The position numbers were made by a program, and so were the translations under genes. Below, one piece after another: positions 12,658 to 23,810 of a stretch of 64,000 nucleotides of DNA; within the stretch, counting starts at the first letter, position 1, and each line of letters begins with the position of its first letter. A model generated the notes under the pieces. That model was not told where the DNA came from and did not search any database. It was given only the letters and a program-made list of their open reading frames with translations. Origin of the DNA: Takakia lepidozioides (taxonomy: Eukaryota; Plantae; Bryophyta); assembly GCA_030704615.1 (NCBI GenBank), contig CM060732.1, positions 5,394,001 to 5,458,000 of the forward strand, given 5' to 3'.

Positions 12658-13702
12658 TATACAAAGAATAGACATAAATAATAATAATAACAAAGCTCTC
12701 TCGTGATCAGTCAAACGAATTAGTGGGAGAGAACTGAGTCAACTGACATATTTGGAACAATCCATACTCGACAAGCAATGGCAGGATGTTTACGTCATAC
12801 CTCACACTGCTGCCGCCATCCGCCCATACCGCCACCTCCTTTACACCTACATGTGTTGATGAAACTGTGAGTCATGACTCATGACTTTCTCACCGCCGCT
12901 CTCACACATTCTTTCCGACTCTCCACCTCGGTAACTTTGCATCAAATGCACCGCGATTGCACAAGCAGTCACGATGATGACTATAGCACAAAGCACGAGA
13001 CATCATATAATTAAGCATTCCCTGACACTGCACAACAAGCGAGCGAGGTCGAGAAGAGGAGAGATGGAAACTTTGAAAGCAGCGCGTGGAGCCAGCACCG
13101 GGCCAGACGGACACGTGAGCACTTGTCGCTCGCGGCAAGTGCAGCCCGTCACCGCCCGACACGCTTCCCCCCACCAGCTGGCTCCCTCTTGCCCCCCGAG
13201 CCTCTCGTACAAAAGATGCCGCTTTCCGAATCCTGACAGATGGCCTGGGGATTCAGCCTCGGCTGTCAGAATATGTCTGGCCCGTGGCTCAATAGCGAAG
13301 ATGCCGTCGGCTGTCGCCGGAGCCGAGCTCCGGGTACTAGATGCCGAACAGACGAGGCGAAAATCAGGCCCGGGGGAGGCTCGGTGAGGAATAGAACACA
13401 CACTGAGCTTGTGCCTCGGGATCACTCACCTGGCAGAGGCCAACTGGAGCCCCACCGCACCGCCCCTGCCGGTCATCCTTTCCTTGTCGCCTAATATCCT
13501 TTTGCTGACCGGTGCAGCGTGTCGGCCATTCACGTTGCGCATGGATGAATGCCTGATTGGCGCCAGTCATCCTTGCAGCTTTTCATTTACGAGTAAGCTG
13601 ATGAGCAGCAGCGGAACACACTAGACATAGGATGCGAGTTGAATGCGCGCGTGCCAGCCTGCCGGTACGGTCGCCGGGGCTTGCCGGAGCCGGGACGCCC
13701 TT

Positions 13703-14228
13703 GGTGGGGCCCGCAGTCAAATCCCCACCCCCGCCGTGCCATTATTGCGTGTATTACAGTACAAAATATAAAATTCTGAGGGATGGCAAGAAAGCGGTGG
13801 GTAGTTTGGTGGCAGGAGTCATTGGCCGTTATTGCGGGGGTGCTCATGGCGCGATGGAATTGGTGTCCTTAAGGATTTGACTGAGGTACCATTAGATTTT
13901 TGAATCTCAAAAAATTCCCTCAAGCGGATCTCCGCTCCCCTGTTTCCAATCGCTGCTCCCCTGTTCCCACATACATACCGCTCCCCCGTGTGTCCGCGCT
14001 CCCTGTGTTACGGCTCCCCTGCTCTCCTTGCTCCCCTTTGTTATTGCTCCGCCGCTCCCCTGTTGCCGCTCCCCTGTTACTATTCCCGGCTCCCTTGTGC
14101 TATTGCTCCCCTGTTTTACTGCTTCGCCGCTCCAATAACAGGGGAGCGGCGGCGGGGCGGGAGCGTGGGACCCTCGGCGTGAAGCATACACGAGGGAAGG
14201 GGGGGTGGGGATTTGACTGCGGGCCCAC
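13703..14228. mobile_element. MITE-like element with ~27-bp TIRs and internal GCTCCCCTGTT repeats
   Basis: Ends 'gtggggcccgcagtcaaatccccacccc' and 'ggggtggggatttgactgcgggcccac'. About 10 'gctcccctg' units at 13934-14150. Confidence 0.75.
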
Positions 14229-16689
14229 GGAGGCCCTCAGGTTAGCTCCGTCATCCCTGCGATGGATTGTTCGGGGAAAAACCATTATGCCCTAGGCTCT
14301 GATGCATGGAAGTCAATTTGGAGACACTTCTAAGAGGGCACCTAACCCTACGTATGCCACTAACCAAGGCTAAATGCCTACGGCAGCCAATTTTTGGGAA
14401 TCACAACCTCGAATCTGAAAGCCTTCTTCAGCTCAAATGCCCGTTCACCGCAAGTTGAAGAAGGAGTATTCTTAAAACACGGGTACTCATAATCTGAAAA
14501 TGGCTCCAGCTTATGTTGCTTGAGTGCGAATATGAGTGTGGTTGGCTTGGCAGCTTTACATCTGGTCCATCCCACTCGATATGATGAGCAGGTTCAGCTT
14601 GACTTCTCTCACACAAAAGACGCTGCCAAGATGGGGTTTGTTGCCCTAGATGACTTCCCGTCGTTGTTCTGGGCTGCTACATATAATTAATCTGGCCCAT
14701 GGCGAGGGGCCTTGCCTTCCACCAATCATCTGTAAGTCCTGTGAAATTGTTTTTGTGGCAGTTTGTAAGCAGTGGGCAGCATGGTGGGCTGTTGTAGGAT
14801 TTGATGAACTCAATGTCGTATACTAACAGCAACCCCTCATCTCTTATGCAAGCATTCAACAAGCCAAGTTGACTGCAGAGCACATTCAACCCCCCACGTT
14901 TCTAGTTGCCTAATGTTCTTCATCTCCTAGGCATAGCATTTTCTAGGGTCTCCATCTGTGATGACACATTATCTTCTCATGTGGTTCAGCTTCTGGTCTT
15001 GCTCTTGTTTGCACCACCCCAATGAAGGGCAGTTCCCACCTGCTTGATTATCTCCATATGGTTGTCTTGGCAGGGTTTCCCACAACACCCTTTTCTTTTC
15101 AGACTGCAGTCATCAGCCTCGTTCTCCAATGCTTCACTTTCTTCCCAAGTGAAGTGCTCTCCTCTTTTATGCTTCAACGTCCCTGCGGGTGTCTTTTCCT
15201 TCATCTCCCGTGGTGCTTTCGAATGAATGAGCATTGATTTGCATCTGTTGGCAACACTTACGGTGTCCCTTTCCTTGCATGCCACTGCAGGCCTATCATT
15301 GACTTTCTTGGCAGGGAAGTCTCCTCCTTCTCCCTCATTTTCTGGCTCTGTTGGTGCCCACTCACCATGCTGCATTTATTTCGTGGTGTTGCGCCAGCCA
15401 AGGGCGATCTTTCACTAGTCCGATTGTTGGCAGCAGCTGATTGGAGTCTTCTTGGCAAAGTCTCCCACGAGTTCCCATTAGTTTCAGGCATCAGGTTTTC
15501 TACCCTGCCCTTCCACTTTTCATAAGCGAGGTGCCTGTCTTCCTCCCTTTCACTCTTCAGCCTCTCAGGCAGATTTTTCTTCATGCGATTGCTGCTCCCA
15601 TACTTCCAATCCTTGTTTAATTTTCTCCAACCATCACCCTCAGATTTGACAAGGTATTGCTGCCCTTCCTTGTGTCTTTCCTCACTCCCAGCTGCTGGTT
15701 TTATCCCAGATTCACCTCTCATCCTTGCCTGGGGTTTTGCTTGCCAAATAGCCCTTGTGTGGGGAACTTCAACGAAAGGCAACATCTCATTCTCAGCTCC
15801 TGTCTTTGTACCTCTTTGCAGCAGTCCAGCCTCGGGTGCCTCACTTTCTGATTGCTGGGTTGCATTCTTCGACCGCCAACCTTTGACAGGAAAGTGTGCT
15901 CCATCTTCCTCATCTTCAACTGGTTCCCTTGATGCTTCACCTCGTATGTCTTCCTCCTCATGTTTTAGCAGCAGCTCCCATGCCTGAATTGCTACTTTTC
16001 CTCGTAGTTGATCTTGTGCTTTCCTTTTTCTCCGTAGCTTAATCAACTATTTTGTCTTGGCAGCTCCCTTGCCATGAGTGCCTTGTCTCACTGCATCTCT
16101 CTTGGCTGCCCACCATCCGTGGAGTCTTTCTTGCACTATTCTGACCCTCATTGGCATGCACTTTGCTGCGATGCCCCACATGTATTTGCTGCTCCCTTTA
16201 ATCATCAACATAGTGCTCCAGAGCCAGTGCCTCATTGTTGACCAGTTGACCTTCTCACCCCTTGGACCCCATTTTCCCTTCTCCCATGTTGCCTCGTCTT
16301 TCTGCTTCATCATTTGCTTTACTTGCACGATGTTGCTTCTTCCCTACAGCTCCTCATGTGTTGTGGCTCTTTCCCATGTTGCACTCACTCCCATCACACG
16401 TTGTGCAGTTGATAAGACTAAGATGAGTTGATGCAGGATAGGGGGAGGGCTTGCTGGTGTGTATGTTGTCCGATAGGCCCCACGCACAGAGTCAAAGCTG
16501 GAAGTCAGCCTTGCAATGACCCAAGTGAGAGAAGTCTGGTGGGGGTAGCATCTTGGGGGATGGCAGTTAGGGCAATGTGTGTCTAGGGCAATATATGTCA
16601 TAGCAGCGGGTGATGTGCTGCCAATTTTGAGGATAGAGACAACCTGTAAGCTGTAGATTTGTATCAGTGGTTTCTTCTGACACATATTG

Positions 16690-16830
16690 CTCCCAGTTTG
16701 CCACAACCAGTTTTGTTTGCGTTTGTAGTGCATGTGCGAGCCTGCTGGGGAAGGGCAAAGAGGTCCATGGTTGCATCGTCAAAGCTGGAATTGTGGCAGA
16801 TGTCATTCTGAACAATACCCTTGTGGACAG
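16690..16830 (+). pseudogene. PLS-class PPR gene fragment
   Basis: 'TSFVCVCSACASLLGKGKEVHGCIVKAGIVADVILNNTLVD' resembles a plant PPR L-S motif junction; isolated fragment. Confidence 0.6.
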
Positions 16831-16877
16831 GGAGTGTTCAACAATATGGCTAAGCGAAGGATAGAGTGTAATGATTG

Positions 16878-17948
16878 CTAATGAAGGCACCTTCTTCAAT
16901 TTCACCTTGTTTTCCCTCTTATCAGAATCACCCTAATTATTCATGTTTGAATTCTGCAAGTTAACTGGTTGAGTGAAGCTTTGATAGTTTGGAGTGACTT
17001 TGACATGATTCTGCCAATGTGACAACAGGAAAGTATCAGAAACAGGTAACACAGACGAGGAGAAGTTGTGGAATGAATACTTTTCTGACCCCAGTCAATG
17101 GTGGGACAATCGAGGCAAGAAGGTGAATGTTTGTTGGATTATAGAGAGTAGCAGATGCAATTGAGCGTTAGGAACTAGTGTGATAAGTTGAGTTGGGTGC
17201 TTCCTAGAACAAGTCTAGGTTGTCATCGTCAACTGCTAGCAACAAGGCAAGGTTGTATGCAAGGCATGGATAGCTGAAGGAGCAAGGATAGAGTGTGGGT
17301 GCAGATTCACCCAAGAGGGCCGGACTTCAAGCTCCAGATTAACTATGAAGCTACAAGAAACCTACATGGGTAGATGGTCAACTGGCAGCAACGGCACAAT
17401 TGATAAAATCAGACATTGTTAATGAAGGCATCTTCTTCAGCACATTTCACCCTGTTTTTCCCTCTTATCATAATCAGCCCAAAATTTCCATGTTGAATTC
17501 TGCAAGTTAGCTGGTTGAGTGAATCTAGTTTGGAGTGACTTTGACATGATACTGCTATGTGACAACATGAAAGTATCAAAAAAACAAGTAACAGACATGA
17601 GGAGAAGCTGTGGAATGAATACTTTTCTGCCCCCAGTCAATGATGGGACAACCGAGGCAAAAAGGTGAATGTCTGCTACATTTCAGAGAGTAGCAGACGC
17701 AATTGAGCATAGGAACTAGTGTGATAAGTTGAGTTGGGTGTTTCCTAGAACAAATGTAGGTTGTCATTGTCAGCTACTAGCAGCAAGGCAAGGATGAATG
17801 CATGATTTGTGCAGGGGCATGGATAGCTGAAGGAGCAGGGATAGAGTGTGGTCCAGATTCATCCTAGAGGGCCAAATTTCAAGCACAAGATTACCTATGA
17901 TTCCTTATGGATCAATAACTACAAGAAACCTCCATGGGTAGATGGTCT
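16878..17948. repeat. Diverged ~540-bp tandem duplication
   Basis: 16878-~17380 and 17418-~17948 are collinear (aatgaaggca..., ctgcaagtta.ctggttgagtgaa, ggaactagtgtgataagttgagttgggtg). Confidence 0.85.
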
Positions 17949-18243
17949 ATTCCGTGGAACGCACTGAAGTCTTGCATTATGAGGATCAGAACTGCTTGGC
18001 AGCTTACTTGCATGAGGCCTTGACCCTTAGGCAATCCCCAGAGCAGCACTAGCTTTTGGGCTGCTTTTTTACCTTGTTTTTCATTTTGTCCCATAAGCTC
18101 TTTGAGCTTTCCGTAGATGTAAGAAAGTACCATTTTGTTTCATTTCATTCATTTTCATTTCATCTTGTTTCATGGCATGTCTTTCATCGTTTGTGCATTT
18201 CTAATGCATGATTAGTTCTCTTGTATGGCTTTACTAGTCGACT

Positions 18244-18807
18244 CACTACAAACACCAAAACTCCAAAGCATGAATCACTATGAATGATTGTTCAAGTAAT
18301 TTCGAGCACTTCATGTAAAGTAGTAAAGCAGTGGTTGCGCTAACTTCCACAGTCGCAATTGCCATTGGGCATGTAGCACTGCAAGTTATGTGGTTTACTA
18401 CCACGTGGCGCCCCGGGCCCGTGGCCACGTGGCAGCAGTGCTGCTCGTCGTGGCGCCACCACGTCGGCATCCACATCGTCGTCCACGTCTGCGTCCACGT
18501 CCGCGTCCATGTGTCACCGCGCTTCGGTGAGTCGGTCCACTCATCCGGAGGGAAAGTCAAAGTCAGCCCAAAAGGTCAGACACACGGGCGGCCCGCCTGG
18601 TTACGCCACGTGGTTCTTCAGCATTAATCGTTGAGCAGTTGTTCGCGCGTCTGCATCCTTTACCACTCCAATCATTGGATGTCCAACCCAACTACCACGT
18701 CTGTTGTAACTAGTCGTTTGTAATTTCCAGTCGATCCCAATTTTTTGACTTTTACGACTCAAAACGAGTCGTTACCCCAGTGGTAAATGACACGAATGCT
18801 TCTAGTG
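18244..18807 (-). mobile_element. Probable CACTA-type terminus or non-autonomous fragment truncating the second ParB-like gene
   Basis: Minus strand reads CACTAGAAGCA from 18807, followed by the subterminal palindrome 'acgactc-aaaac-gagtcgt'. A CACTACAAA occurs at 18244, but the 3-bp flanks (ACT vs TGA) do not match, so the left boundary is uncertain. Confidence 0.4.
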
Positions 18808-21660
18808 TGACTTGGGAACCCGGACAACAGGTGACTTGGTAGCAGCAGCAGCAGTCGCAGGACCTTGCACAAAGTTGTCGTCGGAGTCACTCCTTTCGGG
18901 CCCTCCTGCGCCTCTTCTCGTGCCCCGGTGGTTTTCTGTTTTTTGGGGGTTACTGTAGTCCCCTGTTTCCGTGTCCTTTTTTTGCTTTTTGCTTGAGCAA
19001 TCTCTGCCGCTTTCCTAGACTTGGCAAGCGCTTTCGCCTCCTTTGGACCCAGCGGAGGCAGCGGAGTCCGGTTTCGTCAGGCCTCAGCATCCAGCTTCAA
19101 TTGAAACTCAGAGGTGTCGAGCGAGCCGGGCGGAAGGTCCACATACCAAGGGCAGTCGCGCAAATGCGCTAGATGCCACTCCTTCACGATAACGTCAGTG
19201 TGCTCCAGGGTTCCTCCATGCGAGGAAGAATGGCGGCTCGAAGGACAGATGACCTTTCTCCAACAGGGAGAACTTGCAGTACCTGCATTCAAGAAACCCA
19301 CAGAGAATTAGGTCCGGAATGAGGTTAATTTTCGAAATGAATTTGCAAAAATGGTGTCGAATTTCTATGCGGGGTAAGCCCAATGGTCCCGGCTCTCCGG
19401 GGTGCCGCAATGCAATGAAAGTGGAAATTTGGCGCCATTTTTCCCGTGGGCGAGGGAGCCCATTCTGGGACTTAGCCATTTTGGGGCCCAACCTAGAAAA
19501 ATGGCGCCGAATTTCCACTTTCCGGCTGGGGTGGCTGGCACCGAAACTGGAAATTCGGCGCCATTTTTCCAGGTTGGGGCCCAGCCCTTTCTGGGACTTA
19601 GCCACTTTCGGACCCAGCCTGGAAAAATGGCGCCGAATTTCCAGTACCGGGCCCGAAAATGGCTAAGTCCGGGGGTGGTTGGCACCCATTCTGGAAATTC
19701 GGCGCCATTTTTCCAGGTTAGGGCCCAGCCATTTCTGGGACTTAGCCAGTTTCGGACCCAGCCTAAAAATGGCGCCGAATTTCCAGTTCCGGGCCCAACC
19801 AATTCTGGGACTCAGCCATTTTCGGGGCCCGAAACTGGAAATTCGGCGCCATTTTTCAAGGCTGGGTCCGAAAACTGGCTAAGTCCCAGAAATGGCTGGG
19901 CCCCAACCTGGAAAAATGGTGCCAAATTTCCAAAATGGGTGCCAGCCGCCCCCGGGACTTAGCCATTTTCGGGGCCCGAATCAGGAAATTCGGCGCCATT
20001 TTTCCAGGGACTTAGCCATTTCTTCACAACCAGTTGTCATGCCCACACAAGCCGTTTATATCCAGGAACTCCAGGGACTACAATGGCCACAGATCAAAGA
20101 GGAGCACCGCATATTTACCTGTACAGAAGGCGCATTGCCGCTTTGTCCGCGTTCGGCTGGTCGGTGAACTCGTGGCTCCGGCGGGCATGCGGTATCTCTC
20201 GAAAGAACAGGTCAGTTTGTAGAGCATAAAATACCTCGCCATATAGTCGCGTAGGCTCTGTGCTTCTCCAAAAATCTCCAGCTTGAAACTGATGTGCTTG
20301 GGTGTCAAGCTGCTCTTTGCGCATTCGTAGTCACCTGTGGAGATTCTCCATCAGACCGCATTCCTCAATAAATACAAGAAATCCACCAGATACAAGAGTA
20401 GAAGCGCCAAATGAAGCGTGGGAAAGTACTTGAAACCACCATGTCATGCGGTTCATCCACATGTCGAATGTGGGGCCAGACAGTTTGTCGGGTTTGGGGA
20501 AGCTCCACATGTCCCTTGTACTCTGGGACCCATTCCAGATTTGGAGCCACCGGGTCTGTCAACCACCGTGCATATTAGTAAGCGCCAAACACCACGAAAA
20601 CGAATTGTTGCCACGAGAATTTGGTTAAGAATGTATAACCTTCTCTGTTGCATCCACACAGGCTGTGGCTAGACGATGCAGCTTCTCCAGTGTCATCGTG
20701 GGCTTAAGAGCGCGGGAGTAGTGCTTCCCCACCTCCACCAGAAAGTCGGCACCAAGGGCGGGATCAGCTATGGCCACGTACTTCACCATTCTCGACTTGT
20801 ACTTGATGCGGGCCTTCGCCTCCACAGCTTTGAGATACGATTCCAGTGCCGGGAGGGTTAGTTTCTTCTCCTCTGACTCCATGTAGAACCTTCGCGCATG
20901 TGCCAGATCCTGCTGAATTTTCGTCTATCAAGAATGCGCACATAAGATTAGAAATCTTGGTCCACACTTTTTTTTCTATTGGGGGAGCAGAGACAGATTA
21001 GCTCAACAAAAGAGTTAGGAGTTGTACCTGAAATATGTAGTCCACCATGGCGTCCATGCTCAGCCTATACCAGGTTCTGTCTGCCTTTGCCCGACTTGCG
21101 CAGGTTGTCGGCACTGAGCGAATTGGCAAACTCTTGCAGCCCCTGCTTCCCGACATCCTTCAGTCGGAAGAGCATGTGGGACAAGTTGGTGGCAATGAAG
21201 GCATTCTCAGTCACCCTGCAATGCCACATTTCCATTAAACGATACTGAAATGAGAATTTGCAACAAATATGACGATGACGATGAAATGACTTTCAAATTC
21301 AAAGTTCCAAAGCAAGAGACATTGTAACTTACGAGTTGATGTCTGCCATTGCAGCTTTGAGAAGACTTCGATCTTTGGGCCCCACAACCTTCAGCACAAC
21401 ACACTCCACGGCGTAATGCCAATCCAGGTCGTTGGGGTGGGCTTTGGGCTATGTGCTCCATCCATGCCAGGAGGCGATGATTGCCGTCCCACTCGTAAAA
21501 CATCTTTCCGGACAAGTGCTGGAAAAGAGGATAATTCCTGGAGACAACCAAGACCCAAAACAAAATCTCGCCCATCCATTGTCATCAAATTGTGCAGGCC
21601 ATCAAATCTTGCAGTACTCAAGGGCCTTCATTTCACCCCCCATGAATTTGTCAAATTTTA
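18808..21660 (-). pseudogene. Second, diverged paralogue of the ParB/Srx-like gene; truncated before any MTase exons
   Basis: 'KMFYEWDGNHRLLAWM', 'VTENAFIATNLSHMLFRL', 'IADPALGADFL...LEKLHRLA' and 'AAMRLLYR|YCKFSLLEKGHLS...VIVKEWHLAHL' align with gene 1. Intron positions are shared (after MADIN/MHDVN and within LLYR/VVYR). Long intron 20118->19283. Confidence 0.75.
19346..20004. repeat. Intronic array of ten 20-bp quasi-palindromes GAAATTCGGCGCCATTTTTC in strictly alternating orientation, ~72-bp period
   Basis: Copies at ~19346, 19424, 19496, 19550, 19622, 19694, 19764, 19838, 19911 and 19985. Spacers carry 'gggacttagcca'. Confidence 0.95.
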
Positions 21661-21909
21661 GCTGGAATGTGAGGGGTGGGAGGTTAGTTATTTCATGAGC
21701 ATGAGCGGCATGAGCAGAGTAGTAAGACAATCGGTTTTCATGAGCAGAAGTACAAATTCTGGAAATAAAAAACATTAAAAATATTATTTAATGGAATGTG
21801 TCAGAACAAAACTAATATAATATTCATTGTTTGAAGTAGAAATTGTAGTTTTGGGAGCCGTGCTCATGATATTTTGTCTTCCGCTCATGCAAATTCCTAG
21901 CGACATCTG

Positions 21910-22152
21910 CAAAAATAGCGCCGAATTTCGCGGTAATAGGTTCCGCAACCGGAGAAATTTACGACGTATTTCGCGATAATAGGTGTCTCCGGTGAAAAAT
22001 GGTGCCGAATTTCGCGGCTATAGGTCCCAACATGGCAGGTGTTAAGCCCAAAATTTGGAAATGTGGTGCCGAATTTTGGTACATGATGCCGGGGATTGCA
22101 TAGATGTTGGGCAGTTCTGGGCCATGTAACTAGAAATTCGGCGCCATTTTTC
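21910..22152. repeat. Further copies of the GAAATTCGGCGCCATTTTTC motif between the MULE gene 3' end and the ParB-like paralogue
   Basis: Copies at ~21911, 21994, 22058 and 22133. Confidence 0.8.
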
Positions 22153-22424
22153 CATAAATGGCCCCCACAACTGCTACTGTTGGAACTCAATTTTCTGGAA
22201 GATTTGCAAATTTTTCCTGCCACCATCTTATTATGGATTCTGTTTCGACATTGCCACTGGATGTCTACGGATATCCAACAGTTCGTAGTGTGTATAAGAG
22301 ATTACTTTAATATTGCCTGTTTCATTCTAGGAGTTTTGGGATGCATTTCATTACACTGCAAAACAAAGTCTAATGCATAAAAATGCAATTGCAAATATCC
22401 ATATGGTGGATTCCCTTTGCCCCA

Positions 22425-22564
22425 TCAATGATTTCTAGAATCCCGGCGGAGGAGTTTGTGCAGCTCGTTCACGCTCAACGCTGGTGCATGAACAAAGTCA
22501 TCAATAGTCACGTTCAGCCTCAACCTCTTCAGGTAAATGTAATACAGATGTTTGCACGGATAAT
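22425..22564 (-). pseudogene. C-terminal end of the MULE-SWIM transposase (second half of the SWIM finger)
   Basis: 'YPCKHLYYIYLKRLRL...' joins in frame, across the ATAAT TSD, to '...PTCNCTNFSLMEAKNGSKY' at 46684+. Confidence 0.85.
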
Positions 22565-22943
22565 TGTTAGAGGGCTGTCGGGGACTTAGACACTTATACG
22601 GATCTGTAGGTAACCTTAATTTTTGCACAGACTGAGACCAACAGGAGCCTTAGGGGTGACAGCAGCGCACTGTAGAGGGGGGTTACACAGCCCGTCACAG
22701 TCGTCACAGTCGTCACAGCCGACACAGCCCACACAGCCGTCAGCGTCACAGTCGTCAGCCGTCACAGTCGTCACAGCAGACACAGCCGGCACAGCCGACA
22801 CAGCCAGTCACAGCCAAACACAGTCGCACAGCCAGTCACAGCCCGTCACAGTTTCACACAGCCAGTCACAGCTTGACACAGCTGTCACGATCATAGAGAA
22901 CGAAGAGTAGGACAGGGAACGACTATGGGGAACAACACCTGCG
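22565..22943 (+). repeat. Element B 5' LTR, first part (contains a CACAGCC array)
   Basis: Matches 45741-46116. Confidence 0.95.
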
Positions 22944-23407
22944 TATAAACTCATGCATATATAACCTCATCACTCAAATACAAGTCAAGCCAAGTGCACC
23001 CCACGCCATGGGGAATCCACACTACGGCGCCATAGCTAGGCGCGGTGAGGCTCAACTCGAGAAAGATGAGCCTCCCGCGCTTGCCGTGAAGATAACCACT
23101 CCAGGGCCTAAATCTGCCTTGACCCCTGGATTGACACTTGGGCCAATCCCAAATGTCAATATGTAAAAGCTAGCTATTTCCTAGCTAGTTTCACACTAGT
23201 GGTAAAATAACTTGACAGCTGTCGTGCGCATACATATCGCTACACAACTACATCGCTGTCCAAAACCACACAACACATGTGCACACCACACACTAGTATA
23301 CCACTAGTCTACCACTAGTCCAGCCACTAGTCCAACCACTAGGCTACAACTAGTCAGTCACTAGGCTGCCACTACGCTGCCCACTATGGCAGTCACTAGT
23401 CCACACA
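22944..23407 (-). repeat. Element A1 3' terminal repeat: ~190-bp ACTAGT-rich U3-like part plus a 274-bp segment shared with the 5' end
   Basis: Follows the PPT. 22944-23217 is near-identical to 33855-34126 and to 58211-58483. Confidence 0.8.
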
Positions 23408-23666
23408 ATCCCCCCCTAGCTGGTGCTTAGGTCCCTCTAAGTCCAGGTAGCCACAAGATGTGATAGTGACCATAGCCTCACTAAGTCCTCCACCACTATC
23501 CCTACTACACTCAAACTCGATAGATCAAGAGGCCGGGTGCAAGAGTTGCCCCATCGTTAGTCGCCGTCTTGCAACCTGTGAACTTGAGCTTGGGATCTCA
23601 TGTATTGACTCCTATGAGCTTGGCCTCCCATGTCTTGTTAGCTGCCTCCAGTCATGTCCACTGCCA

Positions 23667-23810
23667 CTATCCCAAGCAGTGTGGACACAACCAATCTCCG
23701 TCAGGAACCTTCTCAAGAGGTGGTGTCAAGCATCCCATATGCCAACCCCTTGAGCATCGATCACACACCAGCATGGTGGCTGCCCCTTTGGCAGACCCAG
23801 AGCATGCACC
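23667..23810 (-). CDS. PHD finger at the C-terminus of the element A1 integrase
   Basis: Manual translation: 'LRCML(C)GSAKGAATMLVCDRCSRGWHMGCLTPPLEKVPDGDWLCPHCLG*', a C4HC3 pattern. One small indel at the second Cys. Confidence 0.88.
   Translation of the reverse strand, partial: GACSGSAKGAATMLVCDRCSRGWHMGCLTPPLEKVPDGDWLCPHCLG

Noticed and set aside
14700-16600. Possible LINE remnant (charged ORF 15258-16046; 'NVGGLN'-like start near 14900 on the minus strand)
   Set aside because: Only a weak endonuclease-start resemblance; no RT, zinc knuckle, poly-A or TSD identified.
18244-18807. Complete small CACTA element
   Set aside because: The TIRs agree only partly beyond CACTA and the 3-bp flanks differ; kept only as a low-confidence terminus.
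19195-19962. Overlapping 130-186 aa ORFs on both strands
   Set aside because: They are translations of the intronic inverted-repeat array.
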